Shown: piece after piece, positions 17,292 through 24,744 of the stretch
Layout of the letters: every line of letters begins with the position of its first letter
How positions within the stretch are numbered: the stretch's first letter is position 1
Assembly (NCBI GenBank): GCA_036518995.1
Contig: DATDMC010000096.1
Coordinates: 6-64,005, forward strand
From: Pyrinomonadaceae bacterium
GTDB taxonomy: Bacteria; Acidobacteriota; Blastocatellia; Pyrinomonadales; Pyrinomonadaceae
Direction of reading: 5' to 3'
Length of the DNA stretch: 64,000 bases
The notes under the pieces: generated by a model
The model's input: only the letters and a program-made list of their open reading frames with translations
Databases searched by the model: none
Told to the model about the DNA's origin: nothing
Program-made: the position numbers and the translations under genes

Positions 17292-18092
17292 CTACTTTCC
17301 GAAGATTATCCAATCGCCGTGTGACGACGCCATGAAGAACAGCATCGGCAACGAGAGCCACGCGTTTGTGCGTGAAGCCATGAAGGCTTGCCGGGCCAAC
17401 TCGGGCGGCGCGGCGGGACCGGTGCCGGCCGTAGCCGCGATAATCCGTTTATTGTTTGGCCAGATGATACCCCAAACGTTAAGCAGCATCACAAAACCGA
17501 ACGCGCCACCGATACCAATCGAGTAGGCTTTGTTGCTGGCGTAAACCTCACCGTTGACCGTCATCATGAAAGTGAAAAACTTGACGATGCCGTAAGTAAC
17601 AATCAGCACCAGGATAAACATCACCACCGCAAACACTCGCCCGTCTTTAATCAACCCGGGCACTTTCTTGATGATCAAAAACTCGATCAGGAAAAGCACA
17701 ATTGGGTAGGTAAGCCAGGCCAGGATTACGGTCCACATGTTGATATGGCCGCCGGCGATATTGTTTGCGTTTCTCACGTCGGGCGCGATTATGTACATCG
17801 CGTAATAAGTAAATCCGACCAGGACCGTGATCAAAGCACCCCAACGAAAATACCAGAGCGTATCTCCCAGCAACTTGGGATTCACTTTCTTCTTCGTGTC
17901 GGCGTCGAGTGTCTTTTGGAAATTTACGTTAACGAGGTTGAAGAAGTAGAGCAGGCCGATCCAGGTGATACCGGCAACGAAGTGGGTCCAGCGCAATAGA
18001 ATGCGTGGCAGCGCGTCTCCGGCTGGCGAATTGATTACCCCGTCAAACATAGCCAAACTAACGGGGAGATGAAAAGTCGACTCAACTAGCAT
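17292..18092 (-). CDS. Polytopic membrane protein, urate hydroxylase PuuD N-terminal-domain-like (no cytochrome c domain)
   Basis: Trimmed to the ATG at 18090-18092, which follows ggagga. 266 aa with about 6 hydrophobic helices. LLRWTHFVAGITWIGLLYFFN resembles the RWxHxxxGxxWIGxxxYF motif I recall from PuuD-type proteins. Confidence 0.5.
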   Translation of the reverse strand: MLVESTFHLPVSLAMFDGVINSPAGDALPRILLRWTHFVAGITWIGLLYFFNLVNVNFQKTLDADTKKKVNPKLLGDTLWYFRWGALITVLVGFTYYAMYIIAPDVRNANNIAGGHINMWTVILAWLTYPIVLFLIEFLIIKKVPGLIKDGRVFAVVMFILVLIVTYGIVKFFTFMMTVNGEVYASNKAYSIGIGGAFGFVMLLNVWGIIWPNNKRIIAATAGTGPAAPPELARQAFMASRTNAWLSLPMLFFMASSHGDWIIFGK

Positions 18093-18226
18093 AGGTCCTC
18101 CGGTTGTGGAAGAATTCTTATCTGTCTTTCGAGCATTCGACAAGCAGAGAAGCCTGTCTTGAGTTGTGACTGGTAATCCGAGCGAAGGTTACACCTAGAC
18201 CACTACGATGCGCAATGATGTCCGAT

Positions 18227-18338
18227 ATCTTCTCAGCGTCTCTGCGTACTCGGCGTCTCTGTGTTGAAATCGACGTTCGTGTAATTGGACCCAAGCTTTA
18301 ACACAGAGACGCCGAGTACGCTGAGACGCTGAGAAGAT
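18227..18338. repeat. Family C palindromic element (CTCAGCGTCTC..GTACTCGGCGTCTCTGTGTTGAAA arms)
   Basis: Arms of about 40 bp with 2-3 mismatches: atcttctcagcgtctctgcgtactcggcgtctctgtgttgaaa against tttaacacagagacgccgagtacgctgagacgctgagaagat. Confidence 0.9.
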
Positions 18339-18364
18339 CCCGGCAAGCAGATCGGCCATTGGCG

Positions 18365-18697
18365 TTAATCGAGCGGACGTGGACCAGCATCCATGCCGCG
18401 TACACTCGCCTGATTAATGACATTTACTTTTAGATCCGAGTGAACATGGACCTGACACGACAGCCGAACGTTAGGCGCCAGTTCTGATTCGACGGCAAGC
18501 CGATTTTTTTCGAGCTCGCCCATTTCGCCTGCATCGCCTTCGAGGATTTCAACGCGACAAGTGGTACAACGCGCATTGCCGCCACAGCGATGCAAAATAT
18601 CCACTCCAGCATCCTCGAGGGCCAACACCAATTTCTTGCCGTCAGGTGCATCGGTTTCAACCAGACCGGTAGCTGTCTCTGCCTGAATCTTTGACAT
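18365..18697 (-). CDS. 2Fe-2S ferredoxin
   Basis: 110 aa. Cys pattern C-x5-C-x2-C ... C (HRCGGNARCTTCRV ... LSCQV). Confidence 0.85.
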   Translation of the reverse strand: MSKIQAETATGLVETDAPDGKKLVLALEDAGVDILHRCGGNARCTTCRVEILEGDAGEMGELEKNRLAVESELAPNVRLSCQVHVHSDLKVNVINQASVRGMDAGPRPLD

Positions 18698-18802
18698 TAA
18701 TGGTTCACTCCAAATTGTTTTGTTTGATAGCGCACAGATTGTACATGACGGAAGCGCAGGATAATAACGCGTTCTGAAATGTCCGATATGAGCGCGGGAA
18801 AT

Positions 18803-19031
18803 GCTGAAAAGCGTTTTATCTCAAAGCCCAGGGTTGAGCTTTGGCAACCCTGGGTAAATCGTACGAACAAAACCGCCACTCCGAAGGAGTTACGTCCCGG
18901 TCTATAGTTCTTCAATTACCCGTTCGATCTCTCGCCCGGGCGCAACTCCTTCGAAGTTGAATAACTTGCATACTTCCTACCCCAGGATTGCCAAAGCTCA
19001 ACCCTGGGCTTCGAGCTGAAACGCTTTCAGC
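18803..19031. repeat. Family F nested palindrome (about 230 bp, MITE-like)
   Basis: Outer arms gctgaaaagcgtttt..aaagcccagggttgagctttggcaaccctgggt against accccaggattgccaaagctcaaccctgggcttcgagctgaaacgctttcagc. Inner inverted pair actccgaaggagttacg / gcaactccttcgaagtt. Confidence 0.9.
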
Positions 19032-19032
19032 G

Positions 19033-20748
19033 TTACCTGATTCGAACGCGCACCTTGTTACTTGTTTGTCCTCGCAACGTCAGACTCACAAACACACTCT
19101 GCCCACTCGGTAACGTTTCAGGCAGTTTCACAATCACTTCGGAAAGCGGTTCCATGCCTGCCGGCTCGCCCACGAACTCAACTGTCAACGGGAAAATATT
19201 GTGTTGCGCGTCTTCCGCCTGCACGCTAATGGCCGAAACACTTTCACTCGGAAGCAACTCGAGGTTGGTGCCAAACAACATGATCCGGGTACGTTGGTCC
19301 AGACTCAGATTGTATGGATTGATCAACGGAAAAGGATCACGCATTAAGAACGGTGACTCCAACGCGGCCGCCAGATCGGTATTGTTATCGGTCATCAATA
19401 CGGGCGGCGGCGCGGTTACCGTCAGCGTCGCTTCACTGCTGGTCGCCGATCCAAAAATATTGGTTGCTACACAACGAAACTTTGCGCCCGTGTCGGATAA
19501 GACCGTCGCGGGTATTGTGTAACTCGTGCCGGTCGCACCCTGAATGTCGGCCATGTTTAATTGCCACTGAAATGTCAGGGGCGCAGTGCCGGTAGCAGCG
19601 CAATTAAACGTGGCCGTTTGTCCCTCCGTCACGTTCTGATCGCTCGGATTCGTGGAAATACTCGGCGCAGTTCCGGTCGCTCGAACTCGAAAAACTCCTG
19701 AGCCAATCGAGAGATAGTAGAGACTGCCGTCAGCCGCAACTTTTAGATCAACTGGTTGGTTAATGCCTGTGGCAAATCCGCTGGCCGTTCCAGTCGCAGG
19801 ATCAAAAACTCGAATCCAGCCGCCGCACAAGTCGGCAAAGAAATATTTCCCAATGTAACTTGTTGGAAAATTTCCGGTTGTCGGGTTGTAGAACGCGCCA
19901 CCTGCGATCGCACAACCGGTGGTCGTGGTGCTGCCGTGTCCATAGACAAAAAGAGGTGAACGAAACGACGGGTTCGAAGTCACGCCTTCGGTGTTGGGCC
20001 AGCCATAATTTGAACCTGAAATGCCATCATTGATCTCTTCCCAGGTTGATTCCCCGACATCATTGATGAACAGGCGACCAGTGCCAGGTTGGAACGCAAA
20101 CGTAAATGGATTTCGCAGTCCCAGGGACCAGATGGCGCGATTTTTTCCCGCAGCGGTATTGAAGAAAGGATTGTCGGTAGGAATCGAACCGTCTGAATTG
20201 AGTCGTAAGATCTTGCCGAGGAGATTGCTCAATGTTTGGGAGTTCGTCCCGTTCGCGTTTTCACCAACTGCGATGTAGAGCTTTCCGTCTGGTCCAAAAT
20301 GAATAGCGCCGCCGTTGTGGTTTGTAGCGCTACTAAGATTATCGAGATCGAGTAGGACAACTTCGCTGCCAGCCACTGCAACATCACCGTTCGCCGTAAG
20401 CCGACTCAGCCGGTTGTGTCTTGGATTCGTAGAAACTGTGTAATAGATGTAGACGAAATTGTTCGCAGCGAAATTTGGATCAAAGGCGACGCCTAATAAA
20501 CCGCGTTCACCTGCGCTGTCGACTGACATCGTGACGAAAGGCGTCATCAGTAAAACGCCATTCTTGATGACGCGAAGTTGACCGCCCTTAAGACAAACAA
20601 AGAGTCGGCCGTCTGGAGCAAAATCCATGGCCGTCGGACTCGAGAGCCCGCCGATTTGTGTTTCAGTAAATCCCGAAGGCAACGTGGCGGCGTTAGCGGA
20701 TGAAATGGCAAGGATACAAATAGCGAATACGTAAATAAAGAAACGCAT
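19033..20748 (-). CDS. PQQ-dependent sugar dehydrogenase (SGDH beta-propeller) with C-terminal Ig-like domains
   Basis: 571 aa with signal peptide. Motifs PTAMDFAPDGRLFV, GERGLLGVAFDP and HNGGAIHFGPDGKLYI. An I-set-like segment (TFNCAATGTAPLTFQW ... FRCVATN) follows the propeller. Confidence 0.85.
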   Translation of the reverse strand: MRFFIYVFAICILAISSANAATLPSGFTETQIGGLSSPTAMDFAPDGRLFVCLKGGQLRVIKNGVLLMTPFVTMSVDSAGERGLLGVAFDPNFAANNFVYIYYTVSTNPRHNRLSRLTANGDVAVAGSEVVLLDLDNLSSATNHNGGAIHFGPDGKLYIAVGENANGTNSQTLSNLLGKILRLNSDGSIPTDNPFFNTAAGKNRAIWSLGLRNPFTFAFQPGTGRLFINDVGESTWEEINDGISGSNYGWPNTEGVTSNPSFRSPLFVYGHGSTTTTGCAIAGGAFYNPTTGNFPTSYIGKYFFADLCGGWIRVFDPATGTASGFATGINQPVDLKVAADGSLYYLSIGSGVFRVRATGTAPSISTNPSDQNVTEGQTATFNCAATGTAPLTFQWQLNMADIQGATGTSYTIPATVLSDTGAKFRCVATNIFGSATSSEATLTVTAPPPVLMTDNNTDLAAALESPFLMRDPFPLINPYNLSLDQRTRIMLFGTNLELLPSESVSAISVQAEDAQHNIFPLTVEFVGEPAGMEPLSEVIVKLPETLPSGQSVFVSLTLRGQTSNKVRVRIR

Positions 20749-20810
20749 AACAACCTCTCAAGCGCGGTTGAATTTTGATCGAGTGGGGGGTGGGTGCTGT
20801 GAGTATAGCA

Positions 20811-20904
20811 TGTAGGGGTGGCCCTCCGTGGCCACCCTTCGGAACGGATGCGTTCCGCGAATGCCTGCGGTCCTAAAGGGTGGCCACGGAGGGCCACCCC
20901 TACA
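20811..20904. repeat. Family G palindromic element (TGTAGGGGTGGCCCTCCGTGGCCACCC arms)
   Basis: 27-bp arms at 20811-20837 and 20878-20904, with a central hairpin cggaacg-gat-cgttccg. The right arm contains the stop codon of the VWA gene (20900-20902). Confidence 0.9.
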
Positions 20905-22219
20905 ATGCGTAATAGAATTTGCGACCAACTATGCTGTAGTCGGGATGGTCTTTGATTTCAACGTTGAATTTGTGACGCTTGCCGTCGTGAAGTTTGTTGG
21001 CGGGATAAAAGCCGACGATATAGCGTTCGTTGATGTCCGCGAATATGCGCGAATAGATCGCCTGCGCTTGAGTTGGCGTTTCGAGGAAATCCGCCCACCC
21101 ACCGGAAAGATTTGAAACTTCCACGAGCGCTCCCTGTAACTTTGCAAACTCCTCAGCACGATACGTGAGCAGGGGAGTCAACTCTCTCGATTGTTGCACT
21201 TCGCGTCTCGCCTGAAACGCTGCTCTAACTTCTTTGGAAACGTTCGCCATCGACTCCTTCATCGCCCGGTCATCAGCCTCGCGTATCGCCGCTACTTGTT
21301 GCTCCGGGTTAAGTCCAATGAACTTCGTGCCGGGAACAACGGTATAGATCGTCGCGCGCGACTTCTCCACCGCACGGTAAACATCCTCGAGACTAAACTC
21401 AGTCATGCCGTCGTGCTGCAGTTTCAGTTCAGCTTCAATATTCGCCTGCACTGACGCCAACCATTCAGGTGGAACGCCGGCCGGGACCTGCGGAGTGATG
21501 ATCGAATTGCGCAGGTACTTTGCTTCGTCACCATCAGTCTGAAACACGATGATTGGCCGTTGGTCTTCACTATCAAAAGCTTCGTTGAGCGTGGCCATCA
21601 AGGCGCTGTACTGTGCGCTCATTCCGTAACGAACGTTCTTACCGCCAAGACCCAGGAACCCTTTCTTTCCTTTACTCCGTTCGATAAGCACCTCGAGTTT
21701 CTTCTTCAATTCGGTTTTGTTGGTAGTGAAGTCAGACAGTAACTCGATGTCGTCCGTTATGATGGCCATGCTGTCGCGTGGTCCAAGTTTATCGATCAGG
21801 ACTTTGGCCGCGTCTACACTATTTTGAATGTAGGGAAATTGACTGCCGCTATAGTCGATGATGAGTACAATCGACCTCGGGACACTCGTGTTACTGCCGA
21901 GTAAGAAATGGCGGACCGGCTGCGCGACGCCGTCTTCGGTGATCACAAAATCGGATGCGACTAAACCTTTAACCGCGCGGCCCTGACGATCTAGTACGAG
22001 TAGATCACTGGCGACGAGCGTGGAATCGATCGTGATGACGTCGTCACCACCTCCGGTCGAAGGCACGGAGGTTCTCTCAGCAGTTTGCTGGCGCTCCGGA
22101 TCCCACTTGAGTTTTTTCAGACTCGAGCCGAAGTCTTTGAGTTTGCGTTTCTGTTGGGCGGCGGAGAGAGAGAAGACGGACGGGAGAAGTAAAAGGGCGA
22201 TGAAAACGTTTCGGTGCAT
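20900..22219 (-). CDS. VWA domain protein, acidobacterial TIGR03436-like family (paralog 1)
   Basis: Trimmed to the ATG at 22217-22219 (signal MHRNVFIALLLLPSVFSLSAAQQ). Motifs DFGSSLKKLKWDP, VLIIDYSGSQ (MIDAS-like), PIIVFQTDGD and SRATIYTVVPG. Confidence 0.8.
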   Translation of the reverse strand: MHRNVFIALLLLPSVFSLSAAQQKRKLKDFGSSLKKLKWDPERQQTAERTSVPSTGGGDDVITIDSTLVASDLLVLDRQGRAVKGLVASDFVITEDGVAQPVRHFLLGSNTSVPRSIVLIIDYSGSQFPYIQNSVDAAKVLIDKLGPRDSMAIITDDIELLSDFTTNKTELKKKLEVLIERSKGKKGFLGLGGKNVRYGMSAQYSALMATLNEAFDSEDQRPIIVFQTDGDEAKYLRNSIITPQVPAGVPPEWLASVQANIEAELKLQHDGMTEFSLEDVYRAVEKSRATIYTVVPGTKFIGLNPEQQVAAIREADDRAMKESMANVSKEVRAAFQARREVQQSRELTPLLTYRAEEFAKLQGALVEVSNLSGGWADFLETPTQAQAIYSRIFADINERYIVGFYPANKLHDGKRHKFNVEIKDHPDYSIVGRKFYYAL

Positions 22220-22276
22220 TGGCAGCGTCGGGTTGTAGAACCGGGGAGGCAAAAAGCTTAACACGGATCGGAGGAA

Positions 22277-22318
22277 TTTCAGATTTCAGATTGAAGATTT
22301 CAGATTGTGTTTGATTGT
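22277..22318. repeat. Heptanucleotide array (TTTCAGA-type, about 6 units)
   Basis: Units tttcaga tttcaga ttgaaga tttcaga ttgtgtt tgattgt. Confidence 0.7.
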
Positions 22319-22362
22319 GAGAGGAAAGGGAGATTGAATCGAACTCGTTCGCCTCGTCACTG

Positions 22363-22542
22363 CTCTTCACTCCGGAGGAGTGACATATCTATGGCCTTCA
22401 GTGTCTTTCGAATGCTGCGCTCCGTAGGAGTGCCATATATGCGCCAACACGCTTCACGAAAGGGCAGTATATGGCACTCCTACGGAGCGCGCTGTATTTG
22501 CCGGCGTAAACTATAAATATGTCACTCCTTCGGAGTGAAGAG
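22363..22542. repeat. Family H doubly nested palindrome
   Basis: Outer arms ctcttcactccggaggagtgacatat / atatgtcactccttcggagtgaagag. Inner arms gcgctccgtaggagtgccatatat / atatggcactcctacggagcgc. Confidence 0.85.
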
Positions 22543-22573
22543 CCTGTCGATATAGCAGTGGTATCTGCGGCTA

Positions 22574-22957
22574 CTACAGCAATTTAACCGAATAAAGTGA
22601 GAACTGAGTGTCCGTGCTTACCAGAGTTAGATCGTCTTCATGGGCCTGTGCAATGAGCAACCGATCAAACGGATCCTTGTGATGAAATGGCAATGGGCCT
22701 AGCGCTAGAACGTAATCTAACGTCACAGGCAAGAGACTTAATGCATTTGTTTCTTGTTGGTTCTTGATCAGAGTCTCAAGGGGAAGACTTAGTTTCAGTT
22801 TTCCAAGCTGAATCTTGATCTGCATCTCCCATACGCTCGCAACGCTCAGGAGTAATTCGTTTGTTTCATCCTCTAACGCCGATAGCATGCGCTGTGAAAG
22901 TTTCTCAGGATGATCTGCCCACCAGAGGAATATATGGGTGTCAAGTAGAAGTCTCAT
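22574..22957 (-). CDS. vapC: Type II toxin VapC (PIN-domain ribonuclease)
   Basis: The ATG overlaps the antitoxin stop (ATGA at 22954-22957). PIN acidic residues in MRLLLDTH, SVASVWEM and HKDPFDRLLIAQA. Confidence 0.85.
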   Translation of the reverse strand: MRLLLDTHIFLWWADHPEKLSQRMLSALEDETNELLLSVASVWEMQIKIQLGKLKLSLPLETLIKNQQETNALSLLPVTLDYVLALGPLPFHHKDPFDRLLIAQAHEDDLTLVSTDTQFSLYSVKLL

Positions 22958-23190
22958 TCCTGGCCCAGCCAAAACTCATCCGGTAAGGGTTTGTCGAAGT
23001 CTTCGCTCATTGAGACTGTGCCGCGGTTGAGGCCGGCAACGCGCTTACCCTTAGAAGGACCAATGAAGGGAACGAGGCGCGCCACGGGGGTACCGTGCTC
23101 GGTGATTATTACTTCGTTTCCGGCTGAAGCCTGCGCTAACAAATCAGGCAATTTGGTTTGCGCTTCATCTACACTCACGGTCTGAACCAT
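22954..23190 (-). CDS. Type II antitoxin, Phd/YefM family
   Basis: Trimmed to the ATG at 23188-23190, preceded by gagga. MVQTVSVDEAQTKLPDLLAQASAGNEVIITEHGTPVARLVP is typical of Phd/YefM N-termini. Four-base overlap with vapC. Confidence 0.8.
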   Translation of the reverse strand: MVQTVSVDEAQTKLPDLLAQASAGNEVIITEHGTPVARLVPFIGPSKGKRVAGLNRGTVSMSEDFDKPLPDEFWLGQE

Positions 23191-23272
23191 AAAGAAATCC
23201 TCGTAGGCCAGTATAGCATCATCGATGCCGTTCAACTTTTCGAAGAAGACGGAAAACCTATTGACCCAATAC

Positions 23273-23342
23273 GTGCCGAGGGCGGACTCGAACCATTTAC
23301 CTCGCGCGTCTTCTGCTCCCGCTACGTGCTTACTCCCTCGGC
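23273..23342 (-). other. tRNA-like relic (tRNA-Leu-type acceptor and T-loop; no complete cloverleaf by eye)
   Basis: The minus strand reads GCCGAGGgagtaagcacgtagcgggagcagaagacgcgcgaggtaaatGGTTCGAGTCCgCCCTCGGCac. It has a canonical T-loop box, an 8-bp acceptor-like pairing and a 68-nt span. I cannot fold the D and anticodon arms. The 5' end overlaps the last codons of the VWA gene. Confidence 0.4.
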
Positions 23343-24643
23343 GCGTAGTACGCTTTCCGACCCAGCACCGCGTACTCCGGATGGTTCTTGATCGTTACGC
23401 TGATTTTTCGGCGCGTGCCGTCGTGGGTTTTGTTCGTTGGGTAGTAACCGATGACGTAGCGCTTCGTGATGTCGTCGAAGATGCGCGCGTAGATTGCTGA
23501 CGCCTGTTCAGGACTTTCCAGAAACTCGGTCCAGCCTCCGGTCCTCAGCGAAAGCGCTGCGAGTGCCAGTTGCACTTTGTACGCCTGGTTTGCGCGGGCC
23601 CTTAAGTTCAGTGGCGATAGTGGACGCCAGGTGCGATCTTGTTGCTCGATAGCGGCCTTCTTCCGTTCTTCACTCACTCCTATAAAAAGTTCGTCACGAG
23701 CTTTCTCAAAGATAGTCTTCGTGCGCTCTACTTGTTCTTCCGGACTCACATTCACCAACCTTAGACCAGGGACAACCGTGTAGATTGTGGCCCGCGATTT
23801 TTCCGCTGCTCGATAGATATCCGCCAGACTAAAAGACGCCTGATCGTCCAAATCAAATTGCCCGCGAGCCAGGGCCCTTTCCATGGCCTCGCGAGTCTCA
23901 TCAGGTAAATCAGGTGGAATCTCCCGGGGCACGATCGAGTCGCGTAAACGGTAAGCCTGATCGCCGTCTGTCTGAAACACGATGATAGGACGCTGATCGG
24001 AATCGTCAAACAACTCATTCAACGTTGCGAGCAGTGAACTGTACTGATCGCTTTTTCCAAGTGATCTCGATTTACCGACGATAAAGTTGCCGTGGATCCT
24101 GGTCTTCTTAAACAGAGACTCCAGCTTCTTTTTGAGTAGTTCTTTGTCGGTAGTGAAATCGACCAGCAATTCCACATCGTCAGTCACGATCGCCATTCGA
24201 TCCTGCGGTGCAAGTTTGTCGACCATTAATTTCGCCGCATCGATGCTGTTGCGAATGTAAGGAAGTTGACTACCGCTGTAATCGATGATTAAGACGATCG
24301 TGCGTGGCACTACTTTGCTGTCGCCCAGCATGAAGTGACCAACAGTTTGCGGTTGATCGTCTTCGGTGACCTGGAAATCGTCGGCAGTTAGACCTTGAAC
24401 AGGATTGCCTTTTGCATCAGCGACGAGTACGTCCCATGCGACCAATGATGTTTCGACTTTAATGACATCGACATCATCATCGGTGGTCCTGGCAGATTCG
24501 ACGACAGAGGCTTCCTTCTTTGCTGGATCCCATTGCAGTTTCTTTAAACTCGATCCGAAGTCTTTGTGTTTCTTGGGTGGAGTTTGGGCGAAGAAAGAGG
24601 TGGGAACGAAAAGCAAAAGCAGGAAGGCCGTGAGTTTTGGCAT
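23330..24643 (-). CDS. VWA domain protein, acidobacterial TIGR03436-like family (paralog 2)
   Basis: 437 aa with signal MPKLTAFLLLLFVPTSFFAQ. Shares DFGSSLKKLQWDP, VLIIDYSGSQ, PIIVFQTDGD, SRATIYTVVPG and GGWTEFLESPEQASAIYARIF with paralog 1. Confidence 0.85.
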   Translation of the reverse strand: MPKLTAFLLLLFVPTSFFAQTPPKKHKDFGSSLKKLQWDPAKKEASVVESARTTDDDVDVIKVETSLVAWDVLVADAKGNPVQGLTADDFQVTEDDQPQTVGHFMLGDSKVVPRTIVLIIDYSGSQLPYIRNSIDAAKLMVDKLAPQDRMAIVTDDVELLVDFTTDKELLKKKLESLFKKTRIHGNFIVGKSRSLGKSDQYSSLLATLNELFDDSDQRPIIVFQTDGDQAYRLRDSIVPREIPPDLPDETREAMERALARGQFDLDDQASFSLADIYRAAEKSRATIYTVVPGLRLVNVSPEEQVERTKTIFEKARDELFIGVSEERKKAAIEQQDRTWRPLSPLNLRARANQAYKVQLALAALSLRTGGWTEFLESPEQASAIYARIFDDITKRYVIGYYPTNKTHDGTRRKISVTIKNHPEYAVLGRKAYYAPRE

Positions 24644-24654
24644 TTCGATTTTGG

Positions 24655-24740
24655 TTTTGTGCCTCTGTGTCTTCGTGGTCCAACTGGTTGAAGATTGCTC
24701 TCAACACAAAGACACGAAGAAGCACAGAGGCACAGAGAAA
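24655..24740. repeat. Family C palindromic element (variant, left arm shortened)
   Basis: ttttgtgcctctgtgtcttcgtg ... tcaacacaaagacacgaagaagcacagaggcacagag. Confidence 0.75.
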
Positions 24741-24744
24741 AGCA

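Noticed and set aside
17388-17999. Long antisense ORFs inside real genes: this 203-aa ORF, and also 46144-46746, 36883-37488, 49453-49911, 1709-2248, 56301-56948 and 49925-50443.
   Set aside because: These are shadow ORFs opposite well-supported genes with recognisable domains. Their products are low-complexity (Arg/Ser/Pro-rich), and they have no RBS or motif support.
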